Shown here piece by piece: positions 35,867 through 46,708 of a stretch of DNA of 64,000 nucleotides. A program made the position numbers and the translations under genes. This DNA comes from Mobula birostris. Lineage: Eukaryota. The stretch lies in NCBI RefSeq assembly GCF_030028105.1, contig NC_092395.1, forward strand, positions 44,172,459 through 44,236,458, given 5' to 3'. The notes beneath the pieces are model-generated. The model was not told where the DNA came from and made no database searches. It saw only the letters and a program-made list of their open reading frames with translations. Within the stretch, counting starts at the first letter, position 1; each line of letters opens with the position of its first letter.

Positions 35867-35958
35867 CTGTAAAAAAACAGATTTCAACTTTAACCATTGA
35901 TTCTTTAATGTGACCAAGAGCCCATATCAACAACTGCTGCGGAGCAGGCTGTACTTAC

Positions 35959-36007
35959 AGTCCAACGATACAGTCAGAGACCAGATAAAGCACAGCGTCC
36001 GTATCAT
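35959..36007 (-). CDS. Ig leader (signal peptide) exon
   Basis: The exon encodes MIRTLCFIWSLTVSLD plus 1 nt, followed by a GTAAGT donor. This is the phase-1 leader intron typical of Ig V genes. Confidence 0.88.
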
Positions 36008-36085
36008 TGCTGTCCGTCAGCTTCCTACGTCCCTTCAGCCGATGGATCTGTGACAGACTGTGGCCGCCGTCTCCGATGTACCCAG

Positions 36086-36127
36086 TTATAGAGCCATTCA
36101 TACCGGGGAGGAAACCCATGCAAATCA
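36086..36127 (-). promoter_or_regulatory. Ig light-chain promoter: decamer/octamer TGATTTGCAT plus TATA-like box
   Basis: The minus strand has TGATTTGCAT at 36127-36118, in light-chain orientation about 110 bp upstream of the ATG. TATAA is at 36090-36086. Confidence 0.85.
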
Positions 36128-36324
36128 GGGAGACTCACACTGACCAACCAGAGCAAGGATTTGAAACCCTCCTATTTGCCGTCTGACACCATCTTGTTGA
36201 GGCGCTGACACTGTCGGCAAGGGCACATCTTGTTGATGAATAAGTTATCGGATATTTCTCAGTTTTGCACACTGTAAGTTTGTCTGTGAGAGGCAGATAC
36301 AAGAGCCCGTGTCCCCGTTCATCC

Positions 36325-36735
36325 CCAGCAGATGCGCAACAGAGGGCCCTCTATAGGTTGCGGCCACGCACTGCTGGACGTGTGCTGGAAGGTTGGTGAA
36401 AGACCCCTTTGGTCTCCCAGCACTGAGACATGTTCAAAAGAGGATGCTGCAGTCTGCGCAATCCAGCAGTACGTGTATTGTAGCTCGGTGCAACCAATGC
36501 TAAGACTCTGTGGGGAAAGACCACTGCTTCGGCTGGAAAACCTCTTGACCAATTAAATGAAGAGGTATCAAATAGGGAGCTGCGTGAATGGCTACTATAC
36601 CAATTTATATGTTTCTTCTTTTTTAATTTACCCCACTGAATATAACGGCCACAATTGTGAATGTTTTACACTGTTTCTTTCTTTGTATATTTTTAAAATT
36701 ATGAATAAAATTTTGTTTTGAAATTTTAAAAAATA
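36325..36735 (+). mobile_element. Tx1-clade L1 3' fragment
   Basis: The translation resembles the Tx1 ORF2 C-terminus (LWSPSTETCS...QQYV...GATNAKTLWGKTT). It ends in aataaa and an A-rich tail at about 36705-36735. Confidence 0.6.
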
Positions 36736-39183
36736 TTTCTCCCTTATTTCCCTGGTTCAGTTCTTACTGCTTTCAAAGATCCCCCTCACACATCCAGGCA
36801 CAACGGAGCAGACAATGTATACTTCCTATTTCCACACAATTCATTCAAATGTTGAGTTCAAATCCACCCTGACTGTTAGAGGGGTTGAATTCAGTCTAAA
36901 TATGGGGATGGAATCTGGTCTGAGTAGCAGTAAGGAGCTGGACTGCCTGAAACACAAAAAGACTTATTAACCAATTGGCGGAAGGGGGCCGCTATGGGTT
37001 AACGCAACGCAGTTACAGCTCGGGGAGGAGTCAGGAGTCCCCTGGGGACACAACTGCTGCATCACTGTATGATATTCAGAGCACTGATTGGAGAGGATCT
37101 TCCACTGACCTGATTCAGGGCAGGTATATTGTCTCTGTGGTGTCCCAGTCACTGAACATGGTTCAGTGATCTCACTAAACAGTAATGTCACTGAATACTT
37201 GCAGAAAATTCTGGAGGGGGAGGATGAAAAGGTCTAATTTCCTCCTACATTTCAAAGATGTGTGGCTTTGAGGTGTAATTGGCAAGTGTAAATTGGCACA
37301 AGTTTGTAAGTGAGTGGCAGGATCTGAATGGAATATGAGGAGAATGAAAAAGAATTAGAACATGGTATGGGTAAATAGGCATTTGATAGTAGCACAGATA
37401 CCACGGGCTGAAGAACCTTGTTCCATGCTTCATAACTGCAAGCAGTCAGAATTGAAGTGGAAGTGTAAGGAAGCAGGACCTCAGTGGTGGTAATCCCTGG
37501 ATTAATTCTGCTTTGTTCTATGGGTTTCAAAATGGACAATAGTGTAGCTAGATGTTTGTCTGATGAAATAATGCAAAGGGTAGACAGTGGATATATGGGT
37601 GATTTGGTGCAGTCAGCCCAGGCCAGACAGAGGAACCAGAGTTGAGTCCAGTGTCCTCATGGGAGGTTTCACTGGGACGGAGGGAAAGAGAACACAAGAA
37701 AAAGACTGTGCAAGGAATGATAACATTTACAAAATATGAATAAAGTGAGTTAAATAGTTCTAGAGCAAAAATAAATAATTTTCACAAGAAACAGGAATAT
37801 GGGAAAGTACAACAAGCTCCACAATACATGAACAGCCAGCCTAAATTTTGGAAGCTTATTAAACAAGTCTGTTGAGCTATGTGGGTTTATGAGGTTCTGA
37901 TGACTTCCACTCAAGTTTTGAGGGGTCTAGGATGAGCAAAGTGTTCTGAATAGACCAGAACTTCATTTGAGCAACACATACAAAATGCAGGAGGAATTCA
38001 GCAGGTCAGGCAGCGTCTGTGGAGGGGAATAAAGAGTCAATGTTTCAGGCTGAGAAGCTTCATGAGGACTGAAAAAGAATGGGAGAAAACCAGAATAAGT
38101 AGGTGTGGGGAGTGGAAAAAGTACAAACTGACAGGTGAGGAGGAAGGTAAGTGGGTGGGAGAGAGAGGATGACGTGAGAGACTGGGAGGTGATAGCTGGG
38201 AAAGATTAATGGCCGAAGAATAAGGAAACTGACAGAAAAGGAGAGTGGATCATGGGAGAAAGTGAGGAAGGAGGGGAACCAAATGGGGATGATAGGCAAG
38301 TGAGGAGGAGAAGGGTAAGAGGGGAGCCAGAATGGGGAATGTAAAAGGGGAGGGAGGGGAGGGGGTCATAAACTACCACAAGTTGGAGAAATCAATGTTC
38401 ATGCCATCAGGTTGGAGACTAACCCAACAGAATATGAGGTGCTCCTCCAGCCTGAGAAGGGCCTCATTATGGCAGCAGAGGAGGCCATGAATGAACATAT
38501 CAGAATGTGAAAGAGGAGTGGAATTAAACTATTTGGCTACTGGGAAATACCCTCTATTGTGGATGGAGCAAAGTTGCTTAACAAAGCTGCATTGGGTCTC
38601 ATTGATTTAGAGGAGGTCACAACAGTAACACTGGATACAGTATATAACCACGACATACTTGGAGGTGAAGTGTTATCTGTTCTGGAAGCTCCATTTTGGG
38701 CAATGAAAGGGAACAGATGAATGGGCATGTGTAGCCACTGTTCTGCTTGTAGGGATAAATGTCAGTGGGGAGGGGCAAATGAATAAAGGAACCACAGAGT
38801 GAGCAAACCCTGCATGTTTGGTGGTAGGATCCCATTGAGTGTAGTGGGAATTGTAGAGAAAGATGTGCTGAATCTGGAGGATCATGGGTGGTAGGCAAGG
38901 GCAAGAGGAACTCTATCCCTGTTAAGGTGACAGGAAGATGATAGGTGGACATCTGGAAATTGAGGAGATGTGGGCAAGGACAGTATCAGTGGTAGAGAAA
39001 GGAAGATCCTGTTCTTTGAAGAAGGAGGTCATCTCTGATGTTGTTGAAAAGAAAGCCTCATCCTGAGAATAGATGCAGAGAACAAAGGAAATGAGAAAAG
39101 GGAATGCCACTTTTACAAGAGAATAGATACAGTCAAGATAGCTTTTGGGAGTCAGTTGGTTTATAAAAGATATCAGTAGATAG

Positions 39184-39608
39184 CATGAACAGTGACTTCT
39201 CTAACTTCTGCTAATGCCCCTCCTCCCCTTCTTACCCCATCCCTTATTTATTTATTATTTTTCCCCCTTTCTTTCTCTCTCTTTTTTTCCCTCTGTCTCC
39301 CCCCACTATATCGTCCTCTGGTGCTCCCCTCCCCCTTTATTTCCCCTTAGGCCACCTGACCCATGATCCTCTCCCTTCTCCAGCCTGGTATCCCTTTTGC
39401 CAATCGATTTTCCACCTCTTAGCTCCATCCCTCCACCTCCTGCCTTCTCCTATCATTTTGGATCTCCCCCTCCCCCTCCCAGTTTCAAATCTCTTACTAT
39501 CTTTTCTTTCAGTTAGTCCTGATGAAGGGTCTCAGCCCGAAACGTCGACGGTACCTCTTCCTATGGATGCTGCCTGGCCTGCTGCATTCTGCCAGCATTT
39601 TGTGTGTG
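39184..39608 (+). mobile_element. Penelope 3' fragment (425 bp) with 11-bp TSD
   Basis: The TSD tcagtagatag is at 39173-39183 and 39609-39619. The fragment has a pyrimidine-rich body and a terminal repeat containing a hammerhead. Confidence 0.85.
39515..39550 (+). ncRNA. Minimal hammerhead ribozyme motif in the Penelope terminal repeat
   Basis: The sequence reads AGUC-CUGAUGA-A-GGG(UCUCAG)CCC-GAAAC-GUC-GACG. The core is intact, and predicted cleavage is after 39546. Confidence 0.7.
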
Positions 39609-42529
39609 TCAGTAGATAGTCATCTGGCTCCAGAGATAGAGAAAGAGAAACTGAGACAGGGGAGAGAAATGTCAGAGATGGCCCAACGTGAATTTAAAGG
39701 CAGAGTGGAAGTTGCAGACAAAGTTGAAGAAGTTGCCAAGCTTAGCATGGGTGCATGAAGCAGCAGCAATGCAGTCATCAATGTGGTGCAGAAAGACTTG
39801 GGGAATATTACCAGTGAAGGTTTCGAACACGGACTATATACCAACAAAAAGCCAGGCATAGCTGGGGCCCATGTGGGAATGCATGTTTACCCCTTAAGTT
39901 TGGAGAAAGTGGGAGGACCAGTTCCACCAGACAGAGGTAGGTGGTGGTGGAGGGGAACTATTTAGGTCTGTTGTCTAGAAAGAAGCAGGGAGCCTTAAGG
40001 CCTTCTTGATTTGGCATAGAAGACTGTTGGGTCTGAACACCCCCAGAGAAAATGATGCAAAAAGGGCCAAGGAATTTGAGAGCATGTGATATGGATATAG
40101 GTGGGAAGGGATTGAACCAAGGGGGATAAAAATGGAGTTGAGGTATATAGACATGTGTTCAGTGGGGCAGGAGCAGACATAACCAATAACAACAAAATGG
40201 ACTGGGAAAATCAGGTTTGTGAATCTTCAGAGGGAGGTAAAAACGAGTAGCACAGAGTAAGGGAACTATGTGGTTGGTAACTGGCTGCTCTAAAGATTGA
40301 AGATGAGCAGGTCTGGCATGTGTTGCTGTAATTAGCATAGATGCAGTAATGGAATAAAGAGGAAGTACCAATGAAAGGTTGTTTTCTGGACTGGTGTGAA
40401 GTATGAGTGGAGTATCCCATGATTGATATACACCTCTTTGAATATATTTAATGATTCAGCTTCCATTGCCTTATGTGGCAGAAAATCCTATAGGTTCATC
40501 TTGTTTTGAGTGAAAAAATTTCTCCTGAACTTCATTCAAAAGTTCATACCCCAGAAGATGAATCCTGGATTACAACACTCAAATGACTGGAATATCATTC
40601 CAGTCCCTGGTTTTGCATTCTCTGGAGATTGGTGAAATCTTCCCAGCCACTTGCCTGTATAATCCTATTTGAATTGTAAAAGATGGCTGTGAGTACCCAT
40701 CTCCAATGAACATAAGTCCAACTGAACCATTGTGATTTCATACATCTTCACCTTACATTTGTTTAACAATAGAATCATTCTTTGTGAAGTCCAGTGCTCC
40801 CCTCTCTTCACAATAATACCAACCTCAACATCAAACCGATAGACTAGGGTGTTGCTGTTATAGCCTGGCAGACTGACCTCAAACTTGCTGAGGCCAGATA
40901 ACAATTCTCATTCACTTCCTCGTACATACTACTTGGAGGACCTCACTCAGAATAATTCTGGTGAGAGGTGAAGGACTTAAAAAGGACTGCTGCTCCAAGT
41001 AACTGGGGTGCTGCTGCCTCAGTGAAGTATTGTGGTACACTCCTCATGGCAGCAACATCTTCCCCAGATATGGAGAACAGAACAGTTAACAAAATAACAA
41101 TTGTGGTTTGACTGAAGCCCTGTACAGCTGCCTTTCTCACTGCTTGCTACATGTCAACACTTGCCTTGAGAGACTGGTGTACAATAACACCAGGGTTTTG
41201 TTGCAACTTCTTTTTTTCCAGTCTACATCCATTCACATAATAATTTTGATTTCTGTGTTTGGAACAAGTGTGGATGACTTCACATATGTCCACAGGGAAC
41301 TACATCTACCATCCATTTATTTGTCCGTCACATTGGAGCTTCTTTGCATCTTTCTCATAGCAAAGTGTACCTACCCATAACACCACTATCATTTCCATCC
41401 CCACCAGAGATGGTTCCATAAGGCACTGCAGATGTTGAATTTGAAGCAACAGCAACAAAAAAGAACTCAATGGACAAGCCGCATGTTTAAGATTGAAACC
41501 CTGCATTAGAACTGAGAGTGGAGGGGTGAGATAGACAGTGAAAAGCAGAGAAGAGAAATAGTGAGAAAAGAGTCTGAGTGGATTGGTGGCCAGAGGAAGG
41601 GTGTAAGATGAGAGGCAGGTGGAAGAGGAGATCAAGGTTGCATTTGGGAGACAGTGGAAGATGAATGATAGCTGGTGGTGAACAAAGACAGGTAGTAAGA
41701 GAAAAAAGGAAAAAAATTAGATGAAACTGATAGAGTCGTGGGAGAGGGGAGTGTCAAAATTGGAGACATCTTCTGGAGGGAGATAAGCGAAAAACAGACT
41801 TGGAATTTACATTCATTTAGTCAGTTGGAATTTGGGGAAAAAAACAATAAACTACACAGAATTTCCATAGACTGTTGTAAAAAAACACCTAGTTCACTAT
41901 TACTAATCCAATGCTTCCATGGGAAGCCCTTTGTTCCTCTACTGGACACATCCTCAATGAACTCCCATATGTTGGCAAGATGTGGTTTCTTTTTCAGAAA
42001 CCTGTGTTGACTCTGCTCAGTTATGGAGTTATATCCAAAGTATATGATCTCACAACCTTGTTTGTTGATTACACCATTTTCCCATTATAGATGTCAAGCT
42101 AACAGGTTGGCATTTTCCTGTTTTCTTCTTTCTTAAGCAACCCAGCCAACCTTGCAGAATCTTTCACAAAATCATCACAAACACTTGGAAGAAGGACTGA
42201 AAGTAGTAAGAGTACAAAATGTACCCTAACTGGAGAGTTCAATATCCATCCCTGAAAGCACCACTGTATCCTGGTTGTGTACTGAAGGATGAAGCCGCCT
42301 TTATACTTTATTGTCGCCAAACAATTGTTACTAGAATGTACAATTATCAGAGCGATATTTGATTCTGTGCTTCGTGCTCCCTGGAGTACAAATCGATAAT
42401 AAATTTTAAAAATTTAAATTATAAATCATAAATAGAAAATAGAAAAGGAAAAGTAAGGTAGTGCAAAAAAACCGAAAGGCAGGTCCGGATATTTGGAAGG
42501 TACGGCCCAGATCCGGGTCAGGATCCATT

Positions 42530-42666
42530 CATCAAAGTTTCTGGTGAACACAGCAGGCCAGGCAGCATCTCTAGGAAGAGGTACAGTCGACGTTTCAGGC
42601 TGAGACTCTTCGTCAGAGTCCTGACGAAGGGTCTCGGACTGAAACGTCAACAGTACCTCCTCCTAG
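42530..42666. repeat. Third Penelope fold-back palindrome with two back-to-back hammerhead cores (stem I disrupted)
   Basis: The minus core is at 42585-42616 and the plus core at 42617-42652 (agtc-ctgacga-agggtctcggact-gaaac-gtc). Both ends are truncated, and no TSD is seen. Confidence 0.8.
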
Positions 42667-42829
42667 GACAAGAGGGCTCACCCTAAGGATTGAGGGACAT
42701 TCATTTAAAACAGAGATGCAGAGAAATGACTTTAGCCAGAGGATGGAGAACATGTTGAATGTACTATCTCAGGCAGCTGTGGAGGCAAGGTTGTTGAGTG
42801 TATTTACGGCCGACCTTGACAGGTTTTTG

Positions 42830-44352
42830 ATTGGACATGGCACCAAAGATTGCTAAACTCGTGGCGATGACCTTTCCATCGTCAAAGGGGACGGGAGAGG
42901 TTCCGGAGGATTGGAGGGTTGCGGATGTTGTTCCCTTATTCAAGAAAGGGAGTAGAGATAGCCCAGGAAATTATAGACCAGTGAGTCTTACTTTAGAGGT
43001 TGGTAACTTGATGGAGAAAATCCTGAGAGGCAGGATTTATGAACATTTGGAGAGGTACAACATGATTAGGAATAGTCAGCATGGCTTTGTCAAGAGCAGG
43101 TCATGCCTTATGAGCCTGTCTGAATTTTTTGAGGATGAGACTAAACACATTGATGAAGGAAGAGCAGTAGATGTAGTGTATATGGATTTCAACAAGGCAT
43201 TTAATAAGGTTCCACATGCAAGATTTATTGAGAAAGTAAGCAGGCATAGAATCCAAGGGGACATTGCTTTATGGATCCTGAACTGGCATGCCCACAGAAG
43301 GCAAAAGGTGGTTGTAGACGGGTCATATTCTGCATGGGGGTCGGTGACCAGTGGTGTGCCCCAGGGATCTGTTCTGGGACCCATAATCTTCGTGATTTTT
43401 ATAAATGACCTGGATGAGAATGTGGACGGATGGGTTAGTAAGTTTGCTGATGACACAAAGGTTGGGGGTGTTGTGGATAGTGTGGAGGACTGTCAGAGAT
43501 TACAGCGGGATATTGATAGGATGCAAAACTGAGCTGAGAAGCGGCAGATGGAGTTCAACCCAGATAAGTGTGAAGTGGTTCATTTTGGTAGATCAAATAT
43601 GATGGCAGAATATAGTATTAAGGTAAGACTCTTGGCAGTGTGGAAGATCAGAGGGATTTTGGGGTCCGATTCAATAGGATGCTCAAAGCAGCTGCGCAGA
43701 TTGACTCTGTGGTTAAGAAGGTATACGGTGTATTGGCTTTCATCAATCGTGGAAATGAATTTAGGAGCCAAGAGGTAATGTTGCAGCTATATAGAACCCT
43801 GGTCAGACCCCACTTGGAGTACTGTGCTCAGTTCTGGTCGCCTCATTACAGAAAGGATGTGGAAACCATAGAAAGGGTGCAGAGGAGATTTAGAAGGATG
43901 TTGCCTAGATTGGGGAACATGCCTTATGAGAATAGGTTGAGTGAACTCAGCCTTTTCTCCCTACAGCGACGGAGGATGAGATGTGACCTGATAGAGGTGT
44001 ATAAGATGATGAGAGACATTGATCGTGTGGATAGTCAGAGGCTTTTTCCCAGAGCTGAAATAGCTGCCACAAGAGGGCACAGGTTTAAGGTGTTTGGAAG
44101 TAGGTACAGAGGAGATATCAGGGATAAGTTTTTTTTACGCAGAGAGTGGTGAGTGCGTGGAATGGGCTGCTGGCAACAGTGGTGTAGGCGGATACGATAG
44201 GTTCTTTTAAAAGACTATTAGATAGGTACATGGAGTTTAGAAAAATAGAGGTCTATGGGTAACCCCAGTAATTCATAAGGTAGGGAGATGTTTGGCACAA
44301 CTTGTGGGCCAAAAAGCCTGTATTGTGCTGTAGGTTTTCTATGTTTCTATGC
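42830..44352 (+). mobile_element. 5'-truncated CR1 LINE nested in an older CR1 3' end
   Basis: ORF 42831-43532 has GNYRPVSL, SQHGF, YMDFNKAF, SGVPQGSVLGP and FADD. A ttttctatgtttctatg tail is present. Confidence 0.92.
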
Positions 44353-44489
44353 TTCTGCATTACCGGGCAAAGGCGGGGAGTGGGGTTTACGAGGGGAAAA
44401 AAGGATCAGGCATAATTGAGTGGCGGAGCAGACTCGATGGGCTAAATGGCCTGATTCTTGTCCTACCTCTTATGGTCTGTAGTCTTATG

Positions 44490-46708
44490 GGCATCAGATG
44501 TCTGTGAACACCATGGGACTTGGCATCCAGGGACAGTCTTATGGACACCCTTTCAGGGGGTGCCTCCTTGTGTGACGCATGTTCTCAAGTGAGTGTGCTG
44601 TCACTCTTAGATTTTGTTAGATGTTTATGTGTTACATACTTGTCACCAAGTCATCTAAATCCAAATACGTATCTCATCTCCGTACACTTTTGGTATGCTT
44701 AAACATACAAGGGTTGAATATTAACTCTGCTAAATGCCAGTTTGGGTTGGCAACCCTTGACTTTCTCAGCTGTTGCATCTCTGCAGAATGTGTGAAACCT
44801 CTACCATCAAACGTAGCCGCTATTGTGGATGCCCCACTGCTCTGCGTTACTGAAACAAAACTACAGGAGTTTTTGGTCATGGTGAATTTCTATCACTACT
44901 TCATTCTGTGAGCTACTGAACTTCAGCTCCTACTGTATAATATGCTTAAAGGCAATACCCCTAATCACGTTCTTGAATAGTCAGTGGTAATGAGCAGAAC
45001 ATTTGATAATACTGAACAATCTCATTCCAACACAACTCTACTCGCACACCCGCTCCCCAACGCACCTATAGGTTCACAGAGTTCATTGACACAAACCCCT
45101 CATGCACGCAATGGCCAAAATGTCACACCCTTGGTCTGCATGGCAGTAACACCACCCAGCCTACATATCAGAGTTCACAACTGATATACAACATATCAAG
45201 GGGAAAAATAATTCCATGACTGCCTCTCACGGCCAGCCATTGAACCCATACCTATAGGGGTTGACTATGCCAGCATGGCAGCCAATCAAGCTACTGACCC
45301 AGAGCTCCAAGTCAAACATCCAACAGTCATGTGTTACATACCTCATGGATATCTTGTGACTGTCTTATGAGGATGATGTAATGGTCTTTTGGAGGTCACC
45401 TGATGTAATTTTCCCGCCAATGTGAGGTCAGGTGATGACATGTTCACCACGGGTATAAAAGGAGACCCCTGGGGTGACGCAGTTAGTTTTCCAGTTAGAA
45501 CATTAGCCAGAGACTCCGCTCCATTGCGTAATTGCCTCCAATTTAAAATGGAGTTTTACGTTCTATTGTAAGATACAAAAGTGCTGGACCAGCAGTTTAA
45601 CCAATTTCTGCCAGGTTTGTTGATGTATCTTTTCAGTAATATTGGAGAGTGAAAACAGGAACCTGAAGGAGTTGTTCGACGGTTGAAAGTGTTGACCATT
45701 ATTGAATTCGTTCAAGAAAGAGTGATCTGCTCTGCTAAAAGCAGCAGAAAAGGCTGTGCAGGATCTAGAATCCAGAGGGAAGGTTTATGCCTTTAAACCA
45801 TTTTATTTCCATCGTCGTGAATCCTGCGGACAAGGCAGGATCCGGCTGGAACTTCGAGGAATTCGTTACTTCCGGAAAGTCTCTCCTAATTGACTGTATA
45901 AATCTCTTGGACTTTCAAATTACCCTTCTAAGAACTGTGTTTGAATTTACCAGTTTAAAACTGTTTTCGCATTTATCGCTTTAAAAGCTAGTACTGAGTG
46001 GCGGTTTGTTAAATGGCTGCATAGCAGTTAACTTCCGGTTAAGATTTTCGTTTGTTTATTTTTTATATTGGGCAGAGTTTAATAAATGTTTAATTGTTTT
46101 TATAAAATCTGACTCAATTCAATTCTATATTCATTGTTGCCGGTCACGTGACACACGGGCCTCGGATTATTTGACACTAATTCAGGGAAGCTGGGGTTTC
46201 TCTCCTGTGCGATGTCTCAACCGGTCGCCCTCGCCCCATAGTGCCCACAATCTGGATGCGGCTTGTTTTTAACTCCGTAGATGGCCTCTCACATCCGAGC
46301 CAGAAGGGCTCATAGGAACTGGTTGCACGAAAATTCGTGTGGCTAGTCCTTAGAATGGACGCGCGTGATTGGAGTGCAGCTTGAGTGAAGTGGCAGCGGC
46401 AAATATTAACCGTAATAAAGAAGCACCATTGGTACCTTTTGAGGTCCCTCCGTGACGGTTTGACCATGTCAATATGGAGCTTGTTGGCCCTCTTCCTCCC
46501 ACCACTCCACCCCGTCCCCACTGCGACTTCACACACTTCCTTACCATGGCAGACTGTACCACCAGGTATCCAGAGATCGCCCCCAGGCATCGACGATGGC
46601 TGCAGACATGGCCTGGGCGTTGATCAGCACCCGGTTTGCTTGATTTGGCACCCCATCTGATAATTCCTCTGACCGCGGTCCTCTATTCGCATCAGACCTC
46701 TGGACTGG
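44490..46708 (+). mobile_element. Old Ty3/Gypsy RT-RH-IN relic, interrupted by a solo LTR and truncated
   Basis: RT remnants (INSAKCQFGLATLDFL) are in ORF 44621-44911, followed by QHIKGKNN. Integrase remnants after 46153 read LLCDVSTGRPRPIVP, FDHVNMELVGPLP and [12 protein letters not shown]. Confidence 0.8.
45332..46153 (+). mobile_element. Solo LTR with 4-bp TSD
   Basis: Ends are TGTTACAT...CACGTGACA. The flanks catg/cacg differ by one CpG-type change. It is closely similar to 9636-10503. Confidence 0.88.

Larger units (their letters stand above)
33987..36007 (-). pseudogene. IgL: Immunoglobulin light-chain cluster (L-VJ-C), germline-joined, sigma-like; out of frame as assembled
   Basis: Exons are 36007-35959 (49 nt), 35866-35512 (355 nt) and 34309-33987 (323 nt), with GT-AG introns of 92 and 1202 nt. 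The total of 727 nt is not a multiple of 3. There are 1-nt deletions in FR1 (about 35806-35817) and at the J end (about 35520-35523). Confidence 0.88.
37965..40420 (-). mobile_element. Degenerate Penelope element (antisense), host of a younger Penelope insertion
   Basis: The terminal repeat at about 37965-38070 has a decayed hammerhead. GIY-YIG remnants are at about 38400-38680, and RT remnants (PHMGPSYA..LVGI) at about 39830-39880. Confidence 0.7.

Noticed and set aside
35619-35933. ORF-track proteins 35619-35933 and 35257-35604
   Set aside because: They are frameshifted pieces of the V-J exon read into intron sequence, not independent genes.
33987-36007. Alternative identities: TCR chain, IgNAR/heavy chain, or processed retrocopy
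   Set aside because: A single C exon ending in Cys-stop with no transmembrane region, plus an ATTTGCAT-oriented octamer, indicates a light chain. Both introns are retained, which excludes a retrocopy.
35512-36300. Search for recombination signal sequences around V and J
   Set aside because: I found no CACAGTG/CACTGTG heptamer with a correctly spaced nonamer by eye, so no RSS feature is reported.
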